Origin: a virus
Direction: 5' to 3' (one strand)
Virus record (IMG/VR): IMGVR_UViG_3300031519_004559
Length of the DNA: 64,000 nt
The notes beneath the pieces were generated by a model. The model was not told where the DNA came from. It was given only the letters and a program-made list of their open reading frames with translations, and did not search any database. Both the position numbers and the translations under genes were made by a program. Every line of letters starts with the position of its first letter. The stretch's first letter is position 1. This document shows positions 1 to 7,932 of this stretch, one piece after another.

Positions 1-461
1 TTATACTGCTTACAATTAGGAGCAATAAGTTGTGCAAAGTCGCCATCTGTGCTAATAATAACATGATTATCGTTAGGGTGTGCTTGTACCCAACCAGCAA
101 TAAGATCATCTGCTTCTAGTTGCTTGTGTTGCATAACTGTACAATTAGTCTTTGTATCGACGAAATCTTTAAATGTATCAAACGCCTCCCAAAACAGTGT
201 CTCTTCTTCTTGTTGTGCTTCTGTAAGTGCATCTCGAGATACTTTGCGGTTGCGTTTATAAGGAGCATAAACATCTTTGCGCCAGCTACGACCTTCTAAA
301 CAGAACACAACATGATCAGCCTTAAAGTCCTGCCATGCCTTTCTAACACCAGCAAGTGTGATATGAAACGCCATACCTATCTTTGTATCTAAGTCGCCTC
401 GAATAACGTGCCTTGCACGAAAGAATGTATTTGCTGTGTCTACTAGTACATAAGTTGCCAT
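1..461 (-). CDS. rnh: T4-type RNase H / 5'-3' flap exonuclease (runs off the window edge; not in ORF track)
   Basis: Manual translation MATYVLVDTANTFFRARH...EGRSWRKDVYAPYKRNR...LEADDLIA...IISTDGDFAQL matches PIN/FEN exonuclease motifs. Confidence 0.85.
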   Translation of the reverse strand, partial: MATYVLVDTANTFFRARHVIRGDLDTKIGMAFHITLAGVRKAWQDFKADHVVFCLEGRSWRKDVYAPYKRNRKVSRDALTEAQQEEETLFWEAFDTFKDFVDTKTNCTVMQHKQLEADDLIAGWVQAHPNDNHVIISTDGDFAQLIAPNCKQY

Positions 462-493
462 TATATTGCCTTGTTTAAGTTGCGTTGTATATT

Positions 494-522
494 ATTATAC
501 ACGAGTTTGCGATAGATGTCAA
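494..522 (-). promoter_or_regulatory. sigma70 promoter TTGACA-N17-TATAAT upstream of rnh
   Basis: Perfect consensus with 17-nt spacer in intergenic gap. Confidence 0.85.
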
Positions 523-528
523 GTAAAA

Positions 529-1620
529 TTACCACCCCATTTGCTCCCAAGGTACATCTTTGTCACCAAAGTGTCCGTAAATACAATTCTCGCTATAGTT
601 AGTATAGTTGAAAAGATCAAATCTGTCAATGATTCCTTTTGGTGTTAAATCAATTTCACGCTCAATAAAGTTAGCTATCGAACGATTGTGTCCGTTCGAA
701 TCAATATAAATGCTTGTTGGTTCTTTAATACCAATAGCATAACTTAGTTGTATATTACACCAGTCTGCCATTTCATCTGCTACTACGTTCTTAGCTAACC
801 AACGGGCCATATAAGCTGCACTACGATCTACTTTAGTAGGATCTTTGCCACTAAAAGCACCGCCCCCGTGAGGAGCAAACCCCCCATAAGTATCGACAAT
901 AATCTTTCTCCCAGTAACTCCGGAGTCACCATCAGGACCACCAATAACAAAATTGCCAGTAGGATTAAGATGCCATACAGTATCGCTATCAATTAAGTCT
1001 CCTAACTCTTCTATTGCCGCAAGTTTACATAAATGCCTTGCTTCTTCTACATTGCCTTCAGTGTGCTGTGTACTAATAACAATTTGATCAATGCGTTTAA
1101 TAACACCGTCTCGTCTTGCACCATTGTACTCTACACTTACTTGTGATTTAGCATCCGGACCTAGTATACTACCACGCTTTGTCTTTAAGTTTTTAAGGAT
1201 AGCGTGACTGTAATGAATAGGCGCTGGCATCATGCTAGGTGTATGATTACACGCATAACCAAACATAATACCTTGATCGCCTGCTCCAAAGCTATCTGTG
1301 CCTAGTGCAATGTCTGCACTTTGTTCGTGAATTTCATTATACAACCGTAATTCGTCCCAATGAAATCCATCTTGCTCGTAGCCAATTTCTTTAACTTTGT
1401 TTCGAACAATTTGTTCTACTTCGGCTCTAGTTACATTAAAGTTCTTAACTTCGCCTGCTAGTGTAACCATGTTGGTAGTTACTAGTGTTTCAACTGCTAC
1501 TCGTGTAGTTGTATCGCCTGCGGCTAATCCGGCATCTACAATCGCATCACTAATTTGATCTGCTACTTTATCTGGATGCCCGTCACTAACACTTTCACTT
1601 GTAAAAATATGTTTTTGCAT
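529..1620 (-). CDS. metK: S-adenosylmethionine synthetase
   Basis: FTSESVSDGHPDKVADQISD, GAGDQG, GGGAFSGKDPTKVDRSAAY motifs. Confidence 0.97.
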   Translation of the reverse strand: MQKHIFTSESVSDGHPDKVADQISDAIVDAGLAAGDTTTRVAVETLVTTNMVTLAGEVKNFNVTRAEVEQIVRNKVKEIGYEQDGFHWDELRLYNEIHEQSADIALGTDSFGAGDQGIMFGYACNHTPSMMPAPIHYSHAILKNLKTKRGSILGPDAKSQVSVEYNGARRDGVIKRIDQIVISTQHTEGNVEEARHLCKLAAIEELGDLIDSDTVWHLNPTGNFVIGGPDGDSGVTGRKIIVDTYGGFAPHGGGAFSGKDPTKVDRSAAYMARWLAKNVVADEMADWCNIQLSYAIGIKEPTSIYIDSNGHNRSIANFIEREIDLTPKGIIDRFDLFNYTNYSENCIYGHFGDKDVPWEQMGW

Positions 1621-2033
1621 TATGATACTTCACTCGCTCCGTCAGCCAACGGCTTTACATTAATATATCCTGCACCTCGATCTGTATCCATGCCTTCTTC
1701 TGATAACATGTTATAGACAATGTCTTTGAACCAACGATCGACTACTTCTTCTTCAGGATCGGATTCTGTGCCGTAACCGTGTCTAATTAATTCTACAATA
1801 AAGTATTTGTTCCAGTCAAGTTCAAAAAACCCATTGCGTATATTCTTTTCATTTACTTTCATGTCAAGTACATTAACCCAAGGCATCTTCTTACGTGTTG
1901 CATATGCCTTAGGGTCAGTGCCTTTAACATGTGCTAGTTCTTTTTCTTTTAACTCTTTTTCTTGCTTGTCAATCTTTGCTTGATTAGCTTCTACCTTGTC
2001 TTGCCCTGTTAATTTTTTAATAAAGTTTTTCAT
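1620..2033 (-). CDS. hypothetical phage protein
   Basis: In operon, stop overlaps metK start. Confidence 0.7.
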   Translation of the reverse strand: MKNFIKKLTGQDKVEANQAKIDKQEKELKEKELAHVKGTDPKAYATRKKMPWVNVLDMKVNEKNIRNGFFELDWNKYFIVELIRHGYGTESDPEEEVVDRWFKDIVYNMLSEEGMDTDRGAGYINVKPLADGASEVS

Positions 2034-2129
2034 ATTAATCCTTTTCTTCTTAGTTTATCGTCTAAATTTTCTTTGTCAATTGGAGCAGTCATTGCTGTCT
2101 TGTGTACGTCATTAATGTACTTAGGTTCC

Positions 2130-3026
2130 CTAGGTACCCCAGGCATTTCCGAATAAGCTGATGTGTAGTCTAGGGGTGAAGCGCCATCCCTTTTCCATGC
2201 AAACTTCCGCAACTTCTTTAACGTTAAGGACATACTCTTCCGAGCGTCCCCCAAGCGGCATACAATATACTGGACACTCAACGCCGACATCACGATATGC
2301 TTGCACAGCTCGCCCAGCTTCATCAATGTCTGCACGATCAGCAACGACAAATTTAAGATAAAGATCACTGCCATCAACAGTGGAATAGTTAAGAGCGACA
2401 TCAGGCTTAATAGCGTCCATCCAAGATTCTCCGCTAACGGATAGCTTAGGCGAACAACTCCACGTGACAGTAATTCTGTCACTATTGTTGAGATAGTTGT
2501 AGAGGTCATCATGTAATACTTGTGTAGTGTTTGTTTCAAATGTAACATTTTTTAAATCCTTCATACGTGGATGTTCGAACAGTTCTACGTAAAGTCGTTG
2601 CCACGCTAACAACGGCTCACCACCTGTCATAATTAAATGGATATCTTGTCCGTTATCCATTGTCCACTTGCCTTCTGGAGTAAGAGATAGCAAATGCTCA
2701 ACTACTTCTTCAACTTCTGCAAGTTTGTTAAAGTCTTTAAACTCAGGATAGATACTTGCATAAGTGTCACATCCTGTATGGATAATAGGCAAATCTGTAA
2801 ACTTTTCAGTCTTTGCAATAATGCCATCATCTAACAAATCTTTTACTTCTTGATTGTAGCGTTGCCCGCCTGCAAGTTTTTCTGCACGACTAGGTTCATC
2901 TTTACCGAGTCCAAAGTTCATACAACGGAAGTTACAACCGAAGGTACGCAAGAATACACTAGGTACTCCTACAAACTTACCTTCGCCTTGTACGCTGTAG
3001 AACGCTTCACTGTACCGCAACTTCAT
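2130..3026 (-). CDS. queE: 7-carboxy-7-deazaguanine synthase (radical SAM) with long insertion in Cys motif
   Basis: EAFYSVQGEG..G.PSVFLRTFGCNFRC...GCDT, TGGEP, ETN, SPKL, RLH motifs; adjacent to folE. Confidence 0.92.
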   Translation of the reverse strand: MKLRYSEAFYSVQGEGKFVGVPSVFLRTFGCNFRCMNFGLGKDEPSRAEKLAGGQRYNQEVKDLLDDGIIAKTEKFTDLPIIHTGCDTYASIYPEFKDFNKLAEVEEVVEHLLSLTPEGKWTMDNGQDIHLIMTGGEPLLAWQRLYVELFEHPRMKDLKNVTFETNTTQVLHDDLYNYLNNSDRITVTWSCSPKLSVSGESWMDAIKPDVALNYSTVDGSDLYLKFVVADRADIDEAGRAVQAYRDVGVECPVYCMPLGGRSEEYVLNVKEVAEVCMEKGWRFTPRLHISLFGNAWGT

Positions 3027-3706
3027 CGTGCAAACTCCTGTTGCAATTTAATGTTGTCAAAGAACTCCTTCTTAGTACCCGGATCATATTTAAAACTACC
3101 TTGTAATACAGTTGTTTGTGTAAGACTGCTAGTTGCCATAATGCCACGGTTCTCACAACAGCCGTGTGTTGCTTGAATATAAACACCTAAGTTTTCTGCA
3201 CCAGTTGCTTTACCAATCTCACGTGCAATGTCATTTGCAAGTTCTTCTTGTAGAGTGCCACGTCGAGCGCACCATTGTGCAATACGTGTGTACTTACTAA
3301 GTCCGATAAGTTTGTCTGCAGCAATAATACCAATATATGCAGTGCCTGTAACAGGCTGGTGATGATGTGAACACATGCTTTTAAGTTCACTACGTACAAC
3401 CAACATTCCGTCATATCGTTCATCACTGTCATTAGGAAATGCTGTTGCACTTGGCATTGGGTCATACCGACCTGACATAATCTCATTAAAGTACATCTTA
3501 GCAAGCCGTCTTGCTGTACCTTCTGAGTTAGGATCGTTGCGTCGATCAATAATTAGTGTATCTAGTACAGTGTTAAAAGCTAGAGTAGCTTCATCAATAA
3601 GATCTTGTTTATCTCCATCTTCTAACACTGCACTAATATTGTCGCCGGCCCAAAAGCGTATATTGTTTACTTCTAGACGTTGTTTAACTACTTCTGATTT
3701 ATTCAT
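3023..3706 (-). CDS. folE: GTP cyclohydrolase I
   Basis: SMCSHHHQP, IGLSKYTR, LQEEL, HGCCENRG motifs. Confidence 0.95.
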   Translation of the reverse strand: MNKSEVVKQRLEVNNIRFWAGDNISAVLEDGDKQDLIDEATLAFNTVLDTLIIDRRNDPNSEGTARRLAKMYFNEIMSGRYDPMPSATAFPNDSDERYDGMLVVRSELKSMCSHHHQPVTGTAYIGIIAADKLIGLSKYTRIAQWCARRGTLQEELANDIAREIGKATGAENLGVYIQATHGCCENRGIMATSSLTQTTVLQGSFKYDPGTKKEFFDNIKLQQEFAR

Positions 3707-3709
3707 TCA

Positions 3710-3741
3710 CTTCTCCGATGTTTAGGCAGGGGATTGCCTGT
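3710..3741 (-). ncRNA. candidate cis-regulatory RNA in folE leader (hairpin / possible SD-pairing pseudoknot)
   Basis: AGGCA-AUCCCC-UGCCU-AAACAUC-GGAGA directly before the start codon. Confidence 0.4.
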
Positions 3742-3752
3742 AATATACTATA

Positions 3753-3781
3753 AGTATACACGTTTATTTAGGTTTTGTCAA
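3753..3781 (-). promoter_or_regulatory. sigma70 promoter TTGACA-N17-TATACT with nested TAAATA late-like motif, upstream of folE
   Basis: Direct sequence; TAAATA at 3765-3770. Confidence 0.8.
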
Positions 3782-3788
3782 CCGTTAA

Positions 3789-3983
3789 CTAAAATAATTT
3801 TAGCATTTCTAAACGGTCATTTGCTTCTGCCATTTTATCAAGTTCTGTTTGAATAGCCTCCATCACATCACTGTGTTCACCAATACCGGCTGGGTTAGTT
3901 AAGTACACTTCGACATTTGCTTTGTGCAATGCAATAGCGCCTTCGGCATGTTTCTGTGCCGCTTCAATCATCATGTTACGCAT
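3789..3983 (-). CDS. small hypothetical protein (MRNMMIEAAQKHAEG...)
   Basis: Likely true start overlaps HIT stop. Confidence 0.7.
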   Translation of the reverse strand: MRNMMIEAAQKHAEGAIALHKANVEVYLTNPAGIGEHSDVMEAIQTELDKMAEANDRLEMLKLF

Positions 3984-4356
3984 GATAGTTTCCTTTCTCT
4001 GGGATAACGTGACGTACCCCGCCACGGGGGTCTTCTGTATCACCGTCTCTTCTAAAGATAAGGTGTACGTGGGGATACATGCAAGTCTGACCTGCACTCT
4101 CTCCCATATTAAGGCCAATGTTATAGCCTGTAATATCATTGTTTGCTGCTACTTTATTTTGATCGCCCATAGCAACAGCAAATTTAAAACATTTCATTAG
4201 CTCTTCTTGTGTCACTTGTTTAGGTACTATAAGAGTATGTCCTTGTGTAACCGGATATGCATCTTCGTACACTACAAAGTCTCTAGTATCGTATGTTACA
4301 TTGGTCCACGGCGCTCGCCCGTCCGCTTGTGCCTTAGCTAGAGTATCAATACTCAC
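3976..4356 (-). CDS. HIT family nucleotide hydrolase
   Basis: DAYPVTQGHTLIVPK and AGQTCMYPHVHLI histidine-triad region. Confidence 0.9.
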   Translation of the reverse strand: MSIDTLAKAQADGRAPWTNVTYDTRDFVVYEDAYPVTQGHTLIVPKQVTQEELMKCFKFAVAMGDQNKVAANNDITGYNIGLNMGESAGQTCMYPHVHLIFRRDGDTEDPRGGVRHVIPEKGNYHA

Positions 4357-4888
4357 CTACATTCTCCCATGGGTAAACTAACCAAACATCTTCTTCAGCT
4401 TTGTTGATTTCGTGACAAGTATAACTAACAGGAACTTCGGCATTACTTGCACCATTATCTGTTAGTGTCGCAAAGCGAACATTGTTGCCCCATACTGCAT
4501 TCCATCGATCATGCTCCATTGGCATACAGCCCGATGGCCAGTCTTCTTTGATCCAATTGAAAGTAGCACCAGTATCGTTGATATCATCTACAATAAGGAT
4601 GTTCTTACTCAATGGAGGGAAGCCTTCCTCTCCTTTAGGTTCGTAACCAAATGCATCTTCTGCCATCCATAAGTTGCTTTCGCTTTCACTGTCATCGTCT
4701 CGTAGACTAACTTTAAGTGCTTCGCAACGTATGCCAGTCATATTACTAATAATAGTAGCAGGTACATTACCACCGCGTGTAAGTCCTACAATGTAATCAG
4801 GACGCCAGTTGTCTGTATACATTTGATTAACAATGCTTACACACATACGTTCAATGTCAGTCCAGCTGTAATAATGTTTCTTAATCAT
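4346..4888 (-). CDS. type I purine phosphoribosyltransferase (Gpt-like)
   Basis: IVGLTRGG, ILIVDDINDTGAT PRPP-binding loop, WLVYPWE C-terminus. Confidence 0.88.
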   Translation of the reverse strand: MIKKHYYSWTDIERMCVSIVNQMYTDNWRPDYIVGLTRGGNVPATIISNMTGIRCEALKVSLRDDDSESESNLWMAEDAFGYEPKGEEGFPPLSKNILIVDDINDTGATFNWIKEDWPSGCMPMEHDRWNAVWGNNVRFATLTDNGASNAEVPVSYTCHEINKAEEDVWLVYPWENVGEY

Positions 4889-4897
4889 AGTTAGTCC

Positions 4898-5050
4898 TTA
4901 GTTAATTATATCAGGGGTTATTAAATCTACAGTGTTTACGACTGTCTTGCCTGCATATATTGCAGTTGTTGCAGTTACGTCTACAATCGCTGCTGTTGTG
5001 GAACAGCCTGTTAGAAGGAACAGTATAAGAAAAGCGTTTACTTTAATCAT
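4898..5050 (-). CDS. 50-aa lipoprotein (not in ORF track)
   Basis: MIKVNAFLILFLLTGCSTTAAIVDV...; signal peptide with LTGC lipobox. Confidence 0.7.
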   Translation of the reverse strand: MIKVNAFLILFLLTGCSTTAAIVDVTATTAIYAGKTVVNTVDLITPDIIN

Positions 5051-5235
5051 TTTCCCGCCTTTGAGTCTTTCTCTGCTTTAGTTAGTTTTTGATTCCAGCT
5101 ACTATTGCTAATACCAAGTTCGCTGGGCATAGGCTTTGTTTTGCCTTTAGTAATTTCTCCACCTTTGGCAAGAAACTCTGCCTTCATTCGTTCTAGTTCA
5201 TCATCTTTAGGTTTTGCATCGTGATTCATTGGCAT
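5047..5235 (-). CDS. hypothetical protein
   Basis: Fits operon packing. Confidence 0.65.
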   Translation of the reverse strand: MPMNHDAKPKDDELERMKAEFLAKGGEITKGKTKPMPSELGISNSSWNQKLTKAEKDSKAGK

Positions 5236-5247
5236 GCGCAGTATTCC

Positions 5248-5469
5248 TTATTTGTATTTGTTAAATGCCGCAATTCTGTCTGCACGAGTATATCCTCGAT
5301 CAAGTGCATAAGGATCAATATTTAATTTAGCTGCTATGTCGGTTGCTTCTTTTAAAGAACGACACGTACTAACTAAAATGTCTCTAGCTAATAGTACCTT
5401 CCATCTTGGATTTTGTTTAGTATCTGTTGTTTCTACTACTGTGTAGTCGGTGTGTATTCTTTTAGCCAT
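5248..5469 (-). CDS. hypothetical protein
   Basis: SD AAGGA, operon packing. Confidence 0.6.
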   Translation of the reverse strand: MAKRIHTDYTVVETTDTKQNPRWKVLLARDILVSTCRSLKEATDIAAKLNIDPYALDRGYTRADRIAAFNKYK

Positions 5470-5520
5470 TAAAACATTCCTTGTTTATTAAAACGAGACG
5501 CTATTGCCTTCGTAGTTGCC

Positions 5521-6576
5521 TTACTCATTAGATATTGCCTCATAAAGTGCGCTACCGCTAAAAAACTCTTTGTTAAGTTTAGTAACTTGCTTGTTAATAT
5601 TTGGAAGTAGATCATCATAGTTTTCCATATAGTTTACAATTTGTGCGACTATTTTGTCTTTATGATGCAAGTATGCGTCATAGTTCTCAGTCCACTCACT
5701 AGGGTATTTAAATATGTCTAACCCCATTTCACTGTAACTTAGACGATCAGGTACCATAGGAATAGCATCAACTAATGCGCCTTCATACCAGCTAATGCCA
5801 AGTGTTTCTTGTAGGTTAGCACTAAACACCATCTTAGCTTCGCCTAACAAGTTATGATATTCGTTTTTAGTAAGTTGGTAATCTTGACAAACAACAAACT
5901 CGTATTGCGGCAACCGCTCTGCAAGATCTCTAAAGATTTCAACTTGCTTTTCAGGTGCAACTCTATGTGGAAATAAGATCAAGTCTCGTTTTGTCATACC
6001 TTTATAACTATCTAAACTGCTACGCAAGTACTCCATAGGCCAGCCAACTCTTATTGCTTTGTCCATATCAACATTATAATTATCCATCATTGTATCTGTA
6101 AATAAATCAATATGGAATTCACTTGCAAAGAAGTTGTCATCATAGCATTCGTACATTGACATTTCAGCATGTCTAACCCACGGCTTGTCACCTATTAGTC
6201 TACCCAAGAAGTCTTGTGGATCGTAACTACCAGCATGCCACATGCCGCCAATACGAATGTCAACACCTAGTAACTCTGCCATATACTTTAATTGTATAAC
6301 AGTAGGGTTCCAAGCATCTGTGTATAAAAAGTAGTCACCGTCCTTAACTTCTCCGTTAGCAAATATCCTGCTAATCTCTAACATTTGTTGGGATTTATAA
6401 TTATTAGTTCCTGCAAAGTTAAGAAATGCCCCAGGCGTTGTAGCCTGAGGTACTTCTCCGCCACTAATTACAGTGACGTCTTCGTTTGTAGCTCGTTGCA
6501 GTTGTTTAGGAAGATACTCTTTCCATTGCTTAGTATAGCGTGAGTCAACTGCTTCAATGTCTACAATATAAATCAA
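5521..6576 (-). CDS. GT-B fold (GT4-like) glycosyltransferase; probable TTG start overlapping upstream TGA
   Basis: FPHRVAPEKQ and ANLQETLGISWYEG (E-x7-E) nucleotide-sugar-binding motifs. Confidence 0.75.
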   Translation of the reverse strand: MIYIVDIEAVDSRYTKQWKEYLPKQLQRATNEDVTVISGGEVPQATTPGAFLNFAGTNNYKSQQMLEISRIFANGEVKDGDYFLYTDAWNPTVIQLKYMAELLGVDIRIGGMWHAGSYDPQDFLGRLIGDKPWVRHAEMSMYECYDDNFFASEFHIDLFTDTMMDNYNVDMDKAIRVGWPMEYLRSSLDSYKGMTKRDLILFPHRVAPEKQVEIFRDLAERLPQYEFVVCQDYQLTKNEYHNLLGEAKMVFSANLQETLGISWYEGALVDAIPMVPDRLSYSEMGLDIFKYPSEWTENYDAYLHHKDKIVAQIVNYMENYDDLLPNINKQVTKLNKEFFSGSALYEAISNE

Positions 6577-6767
6577 TTTCCGTTCCTTGCCCGACGTTGT
6601 TGCCGACCTTGGTATTTTTGCCAAGAAAGATAACTTTCCCAGATTCGATCGCCTTTCTTATAAAGACTCTTTTCGTCATACGGTTTAGCTTCGAACCTAC
6701 AGTAGTCTTTAAACTTATCTAGGTCATCAAATACTTTATTGTATGCTTCCCGATTGAAGTTAGCCAT
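6573..6767 (-). CDS. hypothetical protein
   Basis: SD AAGGAA before MANFNREAY. Confidence 0.65.
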   Translation of the reverse strand: MANFNREAYNKVFDDLDKFKDYCRFEAKPYDEKSLYKKGDRIWESYLSWQKYQGRQQRRARNGN

Positions 6768-6787
6768 TTTATGTTCCTTTAATAGCA

Positions 6788-7237
6788 TTAGTTTTTAGGA
6801 TAAAAAATTGAACAGCCGTTTTCGCCATCTTCGGCGACATCAATTTCTACAAACCGGCTTGGGTATTTTGTAGAAATTTCTTGGTACAAATCATCTGCGA
6901 TCATCTCACATGACTTGTGATTCAGTTGTATTACATCTTGTGCATACAACCGTTCCATCCAGCGTTTAAACTGAATAAACTCAATATCGCGATCGTTGTG
7001 AAACACTTCGATGCGAACTTTAAAGTGGAAAATATGACGATGCGGAATGCCTAGGAATGATACATCATCCCATTCGCCTGTTGCTAGTTTAGGATCAGTG
7101 TCTGCGCCTGGGTACATATGTACACCTTCTTTACGAAAGGTAACCCATACACTTCTGCTTGCTTGTTGTGTTGTCATTTTATCGTCTTCTTCTCTTGTTC
7201 TACGTAGCATATAATCATAATAAGCTTCATTTGTCAT
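6788..7237 (-). CDS. dpdL: QueD-paralog T-fold protein, DpdL-like (candidate CDG decarboxylase)
   Basis: LGIPHRHIF fits the LxxxHRHxF motif recalled for DpdL; DIEF, SCEMIA, EDGENG T-fold motifs; context of dpdA/folE/queE. Confidence 0.65.
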   Translation of the reverse strand: MTNEAYYDYMLRRTREEDDKMTTQQASRSVWVTFRKEGVHMYPGADTDPKLATGEWDDVSFLGIPHRHIFHFKVRIEVFHNDRDIEFIQFKRWMERLYAQDVIQLNHKSCEMIADDLYQEISTKYPSRFVEIDVAEDGENGCSIFYPKN

Positions 7238-7243
7238 AGTACT

Positions 7244-7272
7244 AGTATACTTTCATTTGATTACTTTGTCAA
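7244..7272 (-). promoter_or_regulatory. sigma70 promoter TTGACA-N17-TATACT upstream of dpdL-like gene
   Basis: Direct sequence. Confidence 0.75.
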
Positions 7273-7774
7273 GGCCATAATTGTTCCAATCCGTAAATTT
7301 ATTACGGTCCATCAACTCATGCAGGCTATGGCACCAAACACCTGGATTAGTTGCTTTAAAATCTTTATCGTCAATTTTAATCATTGTGTTGTAGTTCCAC
7401 TGTTTAACATAAGGAACCACAACACGAAGTTGCGGAATAAAGTTATCTACCTCAGTTAGACCGCCGTCTAAGAACCATTCAAGGTTAATAGTACTTGGAA
7501 TGTCTAAACTGCATAAGATACCTTGATCTGTAAACGCACGGATCATTAGATCCCAGTCTTCAAACTCATCTGAAGTAACTGGCTTATAACTGTGATTAGC
7601 ACCAAAGAAGATATGTTCGCACTGTTCTTCTTTGTAGAACTTCATTATCTCGTTGTAGTCCTGTGTGCCAGTAACAAACAATGTCTTCATTCCAAACGCA
7701 GGAGTCTTTTCAACTTCTACACCTGTAAAGAAGATGATGTCGTTTGCTTCGCCTGTGTCGTAATCACGTTTCAT
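7253..7774 (-). CDS. hypothetical protein in the deazaguanine cluster
   Basis: Located between dpdA and dpdL; globular, enzyme-like composition. Confidence 0.75.
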   Translation of the reverse strand: MKRDYDTGEANDIIFFTGVEVEKTPAFGMKTLFVTGTQDYNEIMKFYKEEQCEHIFFGANHSYKPVTSDEFEDWDLMIRAFTDQGILCSLDIPSTINLEWFLDGGLTEVDNFIPQLRVVVPYVKQWNYNTMIKIDDKDFKATNPGVWCHSLHELMDRNKFTDWNNYGLDKVIK

Positions 7775-7931
7775 TTTTTAATTGATCCTTAATTGCCAGT
7801 TTTTCTTTTTTTAATTGCTGTACTTCCATTTCATTAGCACGTTCTTTTTCAGACTTTTCTATTACACCGTGTAAATGTTCGTGCATCTTTTTAAGTCTTT
7901 CTAAGTTTTTCTTTTTAGGACGCAAAGCCAT
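7764..7931 (-). CDS. small coiled-coil protein (DUF465/YdcH-like)
   Basis: H..L...I......QQLKKEKLAIKDQL pattern. Confidence 0.55.
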   Translation of the reverse strand: MALRPKKKNLERLKKMHEHLHGVIEKSEKERANEMEVQQLKKEKLAIKDQLKNET

Positions 7932-7932
7932 T

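Noticed and set aside
2030-2548. 172-aa ORF overlapping queE, and possible TAG readthrough at the queE end (ACC TAG GGA ACC TAA)
   Set aside because: Mostly an alternate frame of queE; at most the last ~38 codons are a real mini-gene. Readthrough would add only 3 residues, and no genome-wide stop recoding is evident
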